Shown here: piece after piece, positions 8,058-17,622 of the stretch | How positions within the stretch are numbered: the first letter of the stretch is position 1 | Layout: each line of letters starts with the position of its first letter | NCBI GenBank assembly: GCA_051003875.1 | Contig: JBPCKX010000083.1 | Coordinates: 1 to 50,098, forward strand | Length of the DNA stretch: 50,098 nt | Reading direction: 5' to 3' | Origin: Thermoleophilaceae bacterium | GTDB taxonomy: Bacteria; Actinomycetota; Thermoleophilia; Solirubrobacterales; Thermoleophilaceae | The notes under the pieces: model-generated | Seen by the model: the letters and a program-made list of their open reading frames with translations, nothing else | What the model was told of the DNA's origin: nothing | The model's database searches: none | Program-made: the position numbers and the translations under genes

Positions 8058-9833
8058 TCAGGTCACCCGCGCGACCTCCGCGATCGAGGTCACGCCTTGC
8101 TTCACCTTGTCGAAGCCGTCATCACGCAGCCGGCGCATGCCCTGTTCCACGGCCACGCGCATGATCTCGTCAGCCGAATCGCGCCGGATCGCCATCAATC
8201 GGATCTCGTCGCTGAGGGGCATGACCTCATACAGGCCGATCCGACCCTTGAAGCCACTGGAACCGCAGCGCCCGCACCCGACCGGCTCATAGGCCTCGAC
8301 GTCGTAGGCCGCGCTGATCCCAGCGGTCGAGAGCGCATCCACACTCAGCAGCGTGCGCCGTTTGCAGTAAGTGCAAAGGGTCCGCACGAGCCGCTGGGCC
8401 ACCACGCAGTCGAGTGCCGAGGCGGTCAGGAACGGCTCGATTCCCATCTCGGTCAACCGCGTGATCGCCGACGGGGCGTCGTTGGTGTGCAGCGTGGAGA
8501 GCACGAGGTGGCCGGTGAGCGCCGACTCCACCGCGATCCGGGCCGTCTCCGAGTCACGGATCTCGCCGACCATGATCACGTCCGGATCGGCGCGCAGCAT
8601 CGAACGCAGGCCCCTGGCGAAGGTGAGACCCGCCTTGAGGTTGACCTGCACCTGGTTCACCCCTGGGAGCTGGTACTCGACGGGGTCCTCGATCGTGATG
8701 ATGTTCTTGTCCACCGAGTTGATCGCGTTCAGTGCCGCGTACAGGGTGGTGGACTTTCCGGAGCCCGTAGGCCCAGTGGCGAGCACCGCGCCGTAGGCCT
8801 GGTGGAAGCCGGCCTCGAAGCGCTCGCGGGGCGCGCCCGACATGCCCAGTGCGTCAAGGCTCAAGAGCGCCTGCTCCTTGTCGAGCAGCCGCATGACGAT
8901 CCCCTCGCCGTGCACAGAGGGCATCGTCACTATGCGGATGTCGACGGAATGGCCCTCCACGGTCAGGCCCACGCGCCCGTCCTGGGGCAGGCGGCGCTCG
9001 GAGATGTCCAGGTCCCCCATGATCTTCACGCGGGACGTCACTCCCGCGATCATCCGGCGCGGGATCGAGGTGGTCTCGCTGAGCACGCCGTCCACCCGAA
9101 AGCGCACTCGCATGTCCCGGCCGTCCGGCTCGAAGTGGATGTCGGAGGCGCCCTCCTCCACGGCCTGCGCGATGACTGAGTTCACGAGCTTGATCGTGGG
9201 CGCGTCCTCGGCGGACTCGCGGATCTCGGTGATGCTTGCTCCGAGATCCTCCTCCTCCTCCTCGACTGCCGCGGCCACGGCGTCGTCGAGGCGGCTCATC
9301 CGGCCGATCAGCCCGGCGATGTCATCGGCCGAGGACACGACGGGACGCACCTCGTTGCCGGTCATCAGCTTCAGGTCGTCGAGCGCGAGCACGTTCGACG
9401 GGTCGGCCATGGCCACCAGCAGCACGCCATCCGTGTCGAACCCGATCGGAGCTGCATTGAAGCGGCGCGCCGCCTGGGGTGGAATCAGGTTGAGCGCCGA
9501 CACGTCGGCCTTGTAGACGGCCAGGTCGGCGTGTAGGAGGCCGAAGCGCTCCGCGACCGCCCGAGCGAGCTGATCCCCGGCGAGGGCACCCGACTCGAGC
9601 AGCACCTGCTCGGGGGTCCGTCCGGATGCGCGACCCTCATCCACAGCCGCGTTCACGCGCTCGCGAGGGAGGAAACCAAGATCCACGACCACGTCGGAGA
9701 TGAAACGGGCTCCCTGACCGCGGCGCACCGGCGGTGTCAGGCCTGTCCCGGAAACCGGCGTCGAGTCGGCCGCCGCCTCGGCGGAGTCGGTGCTGACCGG
9801 CCGCAGAACTGGCGGGCCGAAGCCCTCGCTCAT
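8058..9833 (-). CDS. pilB: type IV pilus assembly ATPase PilB (GspE family)
   Basis: 591 aa with a GspE_N-type N-terminal domain, Walker A GPTGSGKST, IMVGEIRD and a tetracysteine motif (CTYC...CGRC). Confidence 0.9.
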   Translation of the reverse strand: MSEGFGPPVLRPVSTDSAEAAADSTPVSGTGLTPPVRRGQGARFISDVVVDLGFLPRERVNAAVDEGRASGRTPEQVLLESGALAGDQLARAVAERFGLLHADLAVYKADVSALNLIPPQAARRFNAAPIGFDTDGVLLVAMADPSNVLALDDLKLMTGNEVRPVVSSADDIAGLIGRMSRLDDAVAAAVEEEEEDLGASITEIRESAEDAPTIKLVNSVIAQAVEEGASDIHFEPDGRDMRVRFRVDGVLSETTSIPRRMIAGVTSRVKIMGDLDISERRLPQDGRVGLTVEGHSVDIRIVTMPSVHGEGIVMRLLDKEQALLSLDALGMSGAPRERFEAGFHQAYGAVLATGPTGSGKSTTLYAALNAINSVDKNIITIEDPVEYQLPGVNQVQVNLKAGLTFARGLRSMLRADPDVIMVGEIRDSETARIAVESALTGHLVLSTLHTNDAPSAITRLTEMGIEPFLTASALDCVVAQRLVRTLCTYCKRRTLLSVDALSTAGISAAYDVEAYEPVGCGRCGSSGFKGRIGLYEVMPLSDEIRLMAIRRDSADEIMRVAVEQGMRRLRDDGFDKVKQGVTSIAEVARVT

Positions 9834-10435
9834 CGCGAGTCCGCGACTTCTTGCGCGAGGGTCTCCCTGTCCACGAACCCCTCGATCAACCGCGCCTTGC
9901 GATCGCGGTCCAGAATCACGATCGCGGGTGCCTGCGACACGCCGACGCCGCCTGTCACTCCGCGGTAGTCGGCCAGGCGGGATATCGGCGCGGAGAACAC
10001 GGCGACGCCGCGGCGACCGCGCACCGAGGACACGGCCCGGGCGGCGGCGGCGTCGTCGGCGGCGGCGCCACGCTGGTAGAAGAAGAGAACCACCGTTTGT
10101 CTGCGCGCGAGCGCGCGTGCGACGCCGGGCGGCACTCCCGTCGGAGCGGCGACCTTGGGCTTGGTCTCGGCCTTGGCCGAGGCCTCTGCCTTGCCCGCGG
10201 GGGGCTGCGCCGCGGGCGCGAGTGCTCGGGTCTCCTCCTTGGACGCCCCGCTGCCGGCCCGCTTCGGCTTTCTGCTGCCGGGCGTCTTCGGGGCGGAGCT
10301 CTCCTTCTCAGCCGTGGGTGCCGGCGCCGGAGCGGCCTCGTCGCCGGCCCCACGCGCGCCCATCGTGGCATAGAAGGCCGCGAGCGCGAGGACGGCGCCG
10401 ATCAATGCAAGCAAGACTGGACGGGAAACTGCCAT
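9830..10435 (-). CDS. membrane-anchored thioredoxin-fold-like protein without CXXC
   Basis: 201 aa: N-terminal TM helix, Ala/Pro/Lys-rich linker, then TVVLFFYQRGAAADD...APAIVILDRDRKARLIEGFVDRETLAQEV. This looks like a thioredoxin-like beta-alpha-beta pattern with no redox cysteines. Its stop overlaps the pilB start by 4 nt. Confidence 0.5.
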   Translation of the reverse strand: MAVSRPVLLALIGAVLALAAFYATMGARGAGDEAAPAPAPTAEKESSAPKTPGSRKPKRAGSGASKEETRALAPAAQPPAGKAEASAKAETKPKVAAPTGVPPGVARALARRQTVVLFFYQRGAAADDAAAARAVSSVRGRRGVAVFSAPISRLADYRGVTGGVGVSQAPAIVILDRDRKARLIEGFVDRETLAQEVADSR

Positions 10436-10468
10436 CCCTTGCGATATCGGCAGCGGCGCGGTCTTTCA

Positions 10469-11320
10469 TTACCGGTCCTGCGCGGCCCGGCGCATGAGGT
10501 CGATCGGGGATGGTCTACCCGTCCACCCTTCGAGACTGCGCGCCCCCTGGCTCGCCAGCACCTCGAGGCCCTCGACCACGCGTGCACCGGCCCCCCGGGC
10601 CCACTGCGTGAGGGGCGTCGGGCCGGCTCCGTAGACCAGATCCACGACGGTTGCCGGCGGATCGTGGCCGGCCAGCTCGAGCGCCCGGAGCGCCTCCGGG
10701 ACCGTGGTCTTTGGATCGAGGCCCACAGAGGTGCAGTTCACCAGCACGTCAGCGGCCTCGGGGTGCTCGGCATGGCGGACGTTCATCTGACGCGCAAGTC
10801 CACCCGCCCGCCCTGCCGTGCGATTCCAGATCGACACCTCGGCGGCTCCGGCCTCCCGCAGCGCCCACACCACCGCCCGGGCCGATCCGCCCGCGCCGAG
10901 CACGAGCACCCGCAGCCCGCGAGGTGAGATTCCCAACGCGTCGAGGAACCCACCGGCGTCGGTATTGTCGGCCTCGATCCGGCCATCGACGAAGGTCAGC
11001 GTGTTGGCCGCACCGATGGCGGCGGCGGCGGCGGTATGCCCATCCGCCAACCCGTGGGCGGCGAGCTTGTGTGGGACGGTCACGTTGAGGCCGCGAAACC
11101 CCGAGGCGGGAAGGGCGCGCACGGTCTGCTCGAACCGCTCGGGTCGAAGCGGCAGCCTGGCGTAGAGCCAGTCGAGGCCGAGCTCCGCGAGCGCGGCGTT
11201 GTGCATGACCGGCGAGCGGCTGTGCGCCACGGGCCAACCCGCGACCCCTAGCAGCGTGCGCGCGATCGCTCCGGCCCGCCCATCAGCAGTTCGTCGGTGA
11301 CCTGCCGCCGCGGCGGTCAC
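10469..11320 (-). CDS. aroE: shikimate dehydrogenase
   Basis: 283 aa with motifs HSRSPVMHNAA, LNVTVPHK, NTD and LVLGAGGSARA. GTG start overlaps the mltG 3' end by 38 nt. Confidence 0.85.
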   Translation of the reverse strand: MTAAAAGHRRTADGRAGAIARTLLGVAGWPVAHSRSPVMHNAALAELGLDWLYARLPLRPERFEQTVRALPASGFRGLNVTVPHKLAAHGLADGHTAAAAAIGAANTLTFVDGRIEADNTDAGGFLDALGISPRGLRVLVLGAGGSARAVVWALREAGAAEVSIWNRTAGRAGGLARQMNVRHAEHPEAADVLVNCTSVGLDPKTTVPEALRALELAGHDPPATVVDLVYGAGPTPLTQWARGAGARVVEGLEVLASQGARSLEGWTGRPSPIDLMRRAAQDR

Positions 11321-12881
11321 GCTCGCGGTTGTAGCGCTCGACGTTGCGCTGGAACTCGGCGTCGGTCTCCGAGAACGCGTGCTCGCCGCACGTTCCGGGC
11401 TTGACGACGTAGAAGAGGAAGCCGGTGCGCGCCGGACGGGCCGCCGCCCTGATGGCGGCGAGGCCGGGGCTGCCGATCGGGCCCGGCGGCAACCCCTTGC
11501 GCGTGCGCGTGTTGTAGGGCGAGCGGATCGCGAGCTGGGACTCCGTCAGCGGGCGGGTCCAGTTGTTGGTGGCAAAGCGGATCGTCGCGTCGATGCCGAG
11601 CGGGATCCCCTCGCGCAGGCGGTTGTAGATGACCGACGCCACGATCGGCCGCTCGGACGGCACCTGCGCCTCGCGGTCGACCATCGACGCGATCGTCAGC
11701 ACGTCGTACGGGGTCAGGTTCTTGCGCCTGGCGGCCCGCAGGTCGACCTTCGCGAACTCGCGCTTGAACTGCTCGAGCTGAAGCTCGACGAGGTCCGCGA
11801 GCGGTCGCCCGCGCTTGATCTCGTACGTCGCGGGGAAGAGGAAGCCCTCGAGGTCGGACGCCCCCTCGGCCCCGTAGCGAGCGGGGTCGAGCTCGTCCGA
11901 GCGCCGCGTCAGCGCGAGATAGTTCCCGTCGAGCCTGTCGCCGACGATCTCCCGCACCTCGCGCCGCGCGCGACCCTCGGGGATGGTGACCCGCACGCTG
12001 TCCGCCGCGGGCGAGTCGGCGAGCGCCGCGAGCGCGCTCGCGTGGCTCATGTCCCTGCGCAGCGTGAACTCGCCCGCCTTGAGCTCGTCGCCCGCGCCGG
12101 AGATCCGCGCGCGTGCCTTGAAGAAGAACGCGCTCGAGACGACACCCTTGTCGGCGAGCAGGTCGCCGATCTGCCCGACCCCGGCGCCGGGCGGGATGAC
12201 GACCTGCACCCGGCCCTCGCCGTCGCCGGCGAACGGCTGGAAGAGGGAGGCGAGGCACCAGACCAGCATCAGCGTGAGCGCGCCGAGCGCCAGCAGCGGC
12301 ACGAGCCGTGTGCGCGCGGAGCGCTCGGAGCCGCGCCCGGAACGCTCGCCGACATCTGCGAAACGCTCCCGGCGACGCCGCAGCAGCGCGTCTCGTGCCG
12401 AGGTGGCGTGAGCCGCGGCCCCTGCGCGAATCGCTGGGCCGGCGGAGCGCGCGCGCGACGCGCGTCCGCCGCCGGCCGGGGCGCCGCCACCGAGAGGGGC
12501 GCCGCCACCGGGACGCTCCCGAGACGGGAGCGAAGGTAGCTGCGGCGGGCGCGCCGCGGGCGAGAACCGGGGTGCCGGGGGCGGTCGCGAGGCGCGTGGA
12601 GGCGGAGGCGGTGGCCAGCTTGGAGGCTGCGGCGGGGGCGTGGCCGCGGGCCGCGGCGGCGGCTCCACACGCGGCGGTGTCGGCGGGGGTGGCGCCGGCC
12701 GGTGTGGCGCGGGCTCCGCACGTGGCGCGGGCTCCACACGCCGCGGCGGCGGCTCGGGAGGCGGAACCTCCATCGGCGGCAGCGCCTCCGGGGGCGGGCG
12801 GCCCTCGCGCTCGGCGCGGCGTGCCTCGCGCTCGAGCCGTGCCTGCTCGCGCTCACGGGCGCTGCGCTCTCGCTTGCTCAA
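11283..12881 (-). CDS. mltG: endolytic murein transglycosylase MltG (YceG-like) with a long Pro-rich N-terminal region
   Basis: 532 aa. The C-terminal YceG domain carries YNRLREGIPLGIDATI...SPYNTRTRKGLPPGPIGSPG. One TM helix follows about 190 aa of Pro/Arg/Ala-rich sequence. Confidence 0.85.
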   Translation of the reverse strand: MSKRERSAREREQARLEREARRAEREGRPPPEALPPMEVPPPEPPPRRVEPAPRAEPAPHRPAPPPPTPPRVEPPPRPAATPPPQPPSWPPPPPPRASRPPPAPRFSPAARPPQLPSLPSRERPGGGAPLGGGAPAGGGRASRARSAGPAIRAGAAAHATSARDALLRRRRERFADVGERSGRGSERSARTRLVPLLALGALTLMLVWCLASLFQPFAGDGEGRVQVVIPPGAGVGQIGDLLADKGVVSSAFFFKARARISGAGDELKAGEFTLRRDMSHASALAALADSPAADSVRVTIPEGRARREVREIVGDRLDGNYLALTRRSDELDPARYGAEGASDLEGFLFPATYEIKRGRPLADLVELQLEQFKREFAKVDLRAARRKNLTPYDVLTIASMVDREAQVPSERPIVASVIYNRLREGIPLGIDATIRFATNNWTRPLTESQLAIRSPYNTRTRKGLPPGPIGSPGLAAIRAAARPARTGFLFYVVKPGTCGEHAFSETDAEFQRNVERYNRERDRRGGRSPTNC

Positions 12882-13273
12882 GGGGTCACCTCCGCGCGCG
12901 CGGCGAGGTAGCTCTCGAGCAGATGCGCCGCCGCACGCGAGTCGAGATCTGCGCGGCCACCGGCCGCCTCGGCCATCCGCGTCGTGAGCCGCTCGTCGTG
13001 CAGCTCGACCGGCACGCGCACGCGGGACTCGAGCCGGGCGGCGAACTCACGCGCGCTCCTGGCCTGCCCGCCGTCGCGGCCGCCGAGCGTCAGCGGCAGG
13101 CCGACCAGCACGAGCTCCACCTCGAGCTCGCCGGCGAGCGCGGCCAGCCGCGCCAGGCCCCGCCGCGTTCCCGGGCGCTGTACCGCCTCGAGCGGGGTGG
13201 CGAGGGTTCCGGAGGAGTCCGAGACGGCACAGCCGCAACGTGCCTCACCCGGGTCGAGCGCGAGGATCCGCAT
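12878..13273 (-). CDS. ruvX: Holliday junction resolvase-like nuclease RuvX (YqgF)
   Basis: 131 aa: MRILALDPGEARCGCAVSD...LVLVGLPL...ELHDERLTT. 4-nt overlap with the mltG start. Confidence 0.85.
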   Translation of the reverse strand: MRILALDPGEARCGCAVSDSSGTLATPLEAVQRPGTRRGLARLAALAGELEVELVLVGLPLTLGGRDGGQARSAREFAARLESRVRVPVELHDERLTTRMAEAAGGRADLDSRAAAHLLESYLAARAEVTP

Positions 13274-13284
13274 CGATCCAGACC

Positions 13285-15924
13285 TTAGGAGAGCGCTGCC
13301 TCGACCGTCGCGCGGGCGGCCGCGAGCGCCTCGTCGAGCCGGGCGGCGTCACGCCCGCCGGCCTGCGCCATCGTGTCGCGGCCGCCACCGCCCCCGCCGA
13401 CGATCGCCGCGGCCTCCCCCACCACCGCGCCCGCCTTCACGCCGCGCTCGACGATCTTCGGCGCCACGTTGGCGACGAGGTGGACGCGCTCCCCGACCGC
13501 GCAGCCGAGCACGACGGCCGCGTCGCCGAGGGTCTGCCTGACGCGGTCCGAGAGCGCGAGCAGCGCCTTCGCGTCGGCCACGTCCACGCGCTCGACGACC
13601 ACGCGAACCCCCTCGACCTCGCCGGCTCCCGCGACCAGCCCCTCGGCCGCCGCCGCGCCGTCGGCGGCCGAGCCCGAGCGCTCACCGCCGCCAAGCTCAC
13701 GCGCGCGCTCGGCGAGCCGTCGCGCCGCCGCGACCAGGTCCGCCTCGGGTGCTCTGATCGCCGCCGAAAGCTCGCGCAGGCGCGCGCTGCGCTCGCCGAA
13801 CAGGCGGGTCGCGGCGGGGCCGGTGAGCGCCTCGATACGGCGCACGTTCGATGCGCTCGAGGTCTCCGTGGTCACGTGGAACAGCCCGACCTCCGCGCTC
13901 GAGGCCAGGTGCGTGCCCCCGCACAGCTCGCGCGAGACATCGCCGACCTCGACCATCCGCACCCAGTCCCCGTACTTCTCCCCGAAGAGCGCCATCGCGC
14001 CGAGGCTGCGCGCCTCGTCGAGCGTCGTCTCGAGCGCTCGCACGGGAAGCCGCGCAGCTATCCAGTCGTTCACGCGCGCCTCGATCTCGGCGAGCTGGTC
14101 GTCCGAGAGCCGCTCACCGTGCGTGAAGTCGAAGCGCAGCTTGTCGGGCCCCACGTACGAGCCGGCCTGCCGCACGTGCGTGCCGAGGCGCTCGCGCAGG
14201 GCGGCGTGCAGGAGATGGGTCGCGGTGTGGTTTCGCATCGTGGCGAGGCGGCTGTCGCGCTCGACGGCGGCGTGCGCCCGCTCGCCCGCGACGATCGTCC
14301 CCGCCACGGGCTCGAGCACCAGCACCTGGTCCGGCCCGACGCGCAGGCTACCGGTCACGCGCGCGCGTCCGGAGCCGGTCTCCAGCACGCCGACGTCGGA
14401 GATCTGCCCACCCCCCTCGGCGTAGAACGGGCTCTCCTCGAGCTTCGCGAGCAGGGTGCCGTCGCTCGGCTCGACCGCGGCGACGATCGTCGCGGCCTCG
14501 AGCGCCTCGTACCCGACGAAGTTGCTCGGCTCGCCGGTGCCGCGAACGAGCTCCGCGGCGCGCTCGGCGGCGTCCCCCGCGCCGGCGGTCCCGCGCCGCG
14601 CCGCCCCCGCTCGCGCGGTCGCGCGCGCCTGCTCCATCAGCGTGCCGAACCGCTCGGCGTCGACCCCGAGCCCCTGCTCGGAGAGCAGCTCCCGGGTCAG
14701 CTCGAAGGGAAATCCGTAGGTGTCGTGCAGCAGGAAGGCATCCGCCCCCGCGACCTCGCTCGCGCCCGCCTCGCGGGCGTCGCGGACGAGCCCGTCGAGC
14801 AGCCGCTCCCCCTGCGCGAGCGTGCGCCCGAACCCCTCCTCCTCGGCCGCGCTCCAGCGCTCGATCAGCTCGCGCTCGCGCACGAGCTCCGGGTAGGCCT
14901 CCCCCAGGACCGCCACCGCGACGTCACACAGCTCGGGCAGGAATCCCTGCTCGAGCCCGAGCACGCGTCCCTGGCGGATCGCCCTGCGCAGGATCCGGCG
15001 CAGGATGTACCCCCGGTCCTCGTTCGAGGGGACGACCCCGTCGGCCAGCAGCGCCGCGGCCGCGCGACCGTGATCGGCGAGCACGCGCAGCGCGCGGGTG
15101 GTCGCGAAGTCCTCCCCGTAGCTGCGCCCGGACCGCCGCTCGACGAACTCGATCAGCGGCCGGAAGCCGTCCGTCTCGTAGACCGAGGCGGCGCCCTGGA
15201 GAATCGCCGCGAGCCGCTCGAGCCCGAGGCCGGTGTCGATGCTCTGCCGCGGCAGGGCCGTCAGCGACCCGTCGGAGTGCAGCTCGTGCTGCATGAAGAC
15301 GAGGTTCCAGAACTCGAGCAGCCGCTCGGAGTCCTCGCCGGGCCGGTCCTCGTCGGGCCCGAAGTCCGGCCCGCGGTCGAAGTAGAGCTCGGAGCACGGG
15401 CCGCAGGGACCGGTCGGTCCCGACTGCCAGAAGTTGTCCGCCCGCCCGAGCGGCACGATCCGCTCGGCGGGCACGCCGATCGCCCGCCAGCACTCGATCG
15501 CCTCGTCGTCGGAGCCGAGCCCGAGCTCCTCGTCGCCGCCGAAGACGGTCACCCAGAGCCGTTGCGGGTCGAAGCCGAAGCCGTCCGTCGAGAGCTCCCA
15601 CGCGTATTCGATCGCGCCCTGCTTGAAGTAGTCGCCGACCGAGAAGTTCCCGAGCATCTCGAAGAAGGTGAGGTGCCGGGCGGTCATCCCCACGTTCTCG
15701 ATGTCCGTCGTGCGAAAGCACTTCTGCGCCGAGGTCAGCCTCCGCGACGGCGGCTCCTGCTCGCCGCGGAAGTAGGGCTTGAACGGCTGCATCCCGGCCG
15801 TCGTCAGCAGCACGCTCGGGTCGAAGCTCGCCGGCACGAGCGGCGCCGAGGGAATGCGCACGTGCGAGCGCTGCTCGAAGAACGACAGGTAGCGCTCGCG
15901 TATGTCGGCCGTGGTGGCGTTCAC
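13285..15924 (-). CDS. alaS: alanine--tRNA ligase
   Basis: 879 aa with class II core (FFEMLGNFSVGDYFK), editing-domain motifs HTATHLLH and CGGTH, and a C-terminal DHHA1-like region. Confidence 0.95.
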   Translation of the reverse strand: MNATTADIRERYLSFFEQRSHVRIPSAPLVPASFDPSVLLTTAGMQPFKPYFRGEQEPPSRRLTSAQKCFRTTDIENVGMTARHLTFFEMLGNFSVGDYFKQGAIEYAWELSTDGFGFDPQRLWVTVFGGDEELGLGSDDEAIECWRAIGVPAERIVPLGRADNFWQSGPTGPCGPCSELYFDRGPDFGPDEDRPGEDSERLLEFWNLVFMQHELHSDGSLTALPRQSIDTGLGLERLAAILQGAASVYETDGFRPLIEFVERRSGRSYGEDFATTRALRVLADHGRAAAALLADGVVPSNEDRGYILRRILRRAIRQGRVLGLEQGFLPELCDVAVAVLGEAYPELVRERELIERWSAAEEEGFGRTLAQGERLLDGLVRDAREAGASEVAGADAFLLHDTYGFPFELTRELLSEQGLGVDAERFGTLMEQARATARAGAARRGTAGAGDAAERAAELVRGTGEPSNFVGYEALEAATIVAAVEPSDGTLLAKLEESPFYAEGGGQISDVGVLETGSGRARVTGSLRVGPDQVLVLEPVAGTIVAGERAHAAVERDSRLATMRNHTATHLLHAALRERLGTHVRQAGSYVGPDKLRFDFTHGERLSDDQLAEIEARVNDWIAARLPVRALETTLDEARSLGAMALFGEKYGDWVRMVEVGDVSRELCGGTHLASSAEVGLFHVTTETSSASNVRRIEALTGPAATRLFGERSARLRELSAAIRAPEADLVAAARRLAERARELGGGERSGSAADGAAAAEGLVAGAGEVEGVRVVVERVDVADAKALLALSDRVRQTLGDAAVVLGCAVGERVHLVANVAPKIVERGVKAGAVVGEAAAIVGGGGGGRDTMAQAGGRDAARLDEALAAARATVEAALS

Positions 15925-17537
15925 CGCAGGCAGAGGCTCGAGTAGTCGAGCCCGTGGACCGGGTGGAAGATCGCGCAGTTCGCGGCGTCCATGCGCTCGG
16001 ACAGGAAGACCCCGCGCCGCTCGGAGCCGATCGCCGCCACGTATGCGTTCTCGATCGCGAACACCGACAGCTCGTCGTAGCCGTCGGTCGCGCTCTCCTC
16101 GTCCACCTCCCCGGCGAGCCGGGTCAGGCGCTCCTCGAAGTCGGGGTCGAGCACGTCGGCGCTGACGGGAGCCAGGTAGGGAAGCGGGTACGGAAGCTCC
16201 GGGGCGACGGAGGCCACACCTGTCTGTGCACGCGCGCGGCGGGGACCGGCCAGCCGGTCGACGACCTTCAGCCCGGCGTCGAACCCGATCTTGTCGAGCA
16301 CCCCCCTGTAGTAGCGCGCGAGCGCCCGGTTGGCGGGGGCCCCGTCGCTGTAGACGGTGATCTCCTTGCCCTCCTCGCCGGCGTCCTCGATCATCTGCCG
16401 CGCGCGCTCGGGGTCGCCGTTCAAGCTCGGGTCGCCGAACGGGCAGGGGTCGATCCTGTGGTACGCGTCGAGGCCCTTCGGCAGCAGGTTGCAGCGCGCC
16501 TCGAGGCGGCCCGCGAAGAGGCGGATCAGCGCCTGCTTGTCGAGCGCCAGGTTGATCGCCCTGCGCACCTTCTCGTTGTCGAACGGCGGCTTGCGCTGGT
16601 TGAGGAAGAAGTAGCTGCTCGAGAGCGTCGGGTGCTCCTCGTAGCGGCTCTTGAACTTCGAGCGCACCTCCGGCAGCATGCTCACCGGGACCGCGCCCTG
16701 CATGTAGTCGAGCCGGCCCGCGATCACCTGCCGCGCCTGCTCCTCCTCGTCGGCGACCACGCGCGTGGTGATCCGCTGCACGTTGCCCTCGGCGACATCC
16801 GGGAGGTCGAGGCCGCGCCGCTGCACCAGCACGAACGCGCGCTTGGAGGCGCGGGCGATGCGGTATGGGCCGATGCCCGCGGGCGGGTCGTCGGCGAGGT
16901 CCTGGAACGGCGTCTTCGACGGCACGAGCCCGGCGACGCCGAGGGCCAGCTTGTGCTCGAAAGAGCCGTCGCGCTCCAGGAGCTGCACGCTGACTTCGCG
17001 CGTCCGGTCGTTGGACTCGATTCCGCTTATGTCCCCCCTCGCGGCGGGCGCGGTGGCGTACTCCCTCGCGCCCTCGATGCCGGCGAAATGGCGGGCGCCC
17101 TCGCCGAGCCTGATCGCCCGCTTGACCGTGTGCTCGAAGTCCCCCGCCCGCAACGGCATGCCGTCCGAGTAGCGCAGCCCCACGCGCAGCTTGAAGGAGT
17201 AGCGCGTGCCGTCCTCGGAGAGCTCGGGGCGGTCCTCCGCGAGGCCCGGGACGAGCTCGGTGCCACGCGGGCCCTCGCCGCGCCGGTAGGTGAGCGGGGG
17301 CGTGTAGACGAGCGAGAGCGCCTGCCGGGTGTCACGCGAGCGGCTCACGGCCGGATCGAGCGAGCCGGCAGGGGCGACGGCGCCGACGGTGATCGATCCC
17401 CCCTTGCGCGCGTCGCCCGAGGCGCCGTCGCCGCCGCCGCAGGCGGCAGGGGTCAGTGAGACGGAGATGGCGGCGACAGCGACGATCGACCTTCGGCAGG
17501 CGGACATGGCACGAACCATATTTACCCCGCCGCGCAC
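15921..17537 (-). CDS. ABC transporter substrate-binding lipoprotein (family 5, peptide/nickel type)
   Basis: 538 aa with signal peptide and lipobox (SLTPAAC|GG) and an SBP_bac_5-like body. The stop overlaps the alaS start by 4 nt. No permease or ATPase genes nearby. Confidence 0.8.
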   Translation of the reverse strand: MRGGVNMVRAMSACRRSIVAVAAISVSLTPAACGGGDGASGDARKGGSITVGAVAPAGSLDPAVSRSRDTRQALSLVYTPPLTYRRGEGPRGTELVPGLAEDRPELSEDGTRYSFKLRVGLRYSDGMPLRAGDFEHTVKRAIRLGEGARHFAGIEGAREYATAPAARGDISGIESNDRTREVSVQLLERDGSFEHKLALGVAGLVPSKTPFQDLADDPPAGIGPYRIARASKRAFVLVQRRGLDLPDVAEGNVQRITTRVVADEEEQARQVIAGRLDYMQGAVPVSMLPEVRSKFKSRYEEHPTLSSSYFFLNQRKPPFDNEKVRRAINLALDKQALIRLFAGRLEARCNLLPKGLDAYHRIDPCPFGDPSLNGDPERARQMIEDAGEEGKEITVYSDGAPANRALARYYRGVLDKIGFDAGLKVVDRLAGPRRARAQTGVASVAPELPYPLPYLAPVSADVLDPDFEERLTRLAGEVDEESATDGYDELSVFAIENAYVAAIGSERRGVFLSERMDAANCAIFHPVHGLDYSSLCLR

Positions 17538-17587
17538 AGGCTGCGGTGCCGGCCGCGGCGACGCACAGGGTGCGGTGCCGGCCGTGG
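17533..17587. repeat. 29-bp period tandem direct repeat (2 copies)
   Basis: cgcacaggctgcggtgccggccgcgg (17533-17558) and cgcacagggtgcggtgccggccgtgg (17562-17587) are 24/26 identical. The first copy starts at the last 5 nt of the annotated SBP N-terminus, and the array ends 36 nt before the sigma-factor stop (17623). Confidence 0.75.
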
Positions 17588-17622
17588 CATCCGGTGAGCG
17601 AACGCCGTCGGGATCGGTCGAT

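Noticed and set aside
13240-15945. Very long ORFs antisense to or overlapping real genes. Examples: 13240..15945 (+, 901 aa), 17329..20268 (+, 979 aa), 20223..22868 (+, 881 aa), 40704..43805 (+, 1033 aa), 45652..48333 (+, 893 aa), 26995..28791 (-, 598 aa) and 35535..37250 (-, 571 aa).
   Set aside because: Their translations are Arg/Ala/Gly/Pro/Asp-rich low-complexity sequence with no domain patterns. The opposite strand or another frame encodes clearly recognisable proteins (alaS, aspS, hppA, permeases, halogenase, ABC). Stop-codon-poor antisense frames are expected in a genome this GC-rich.
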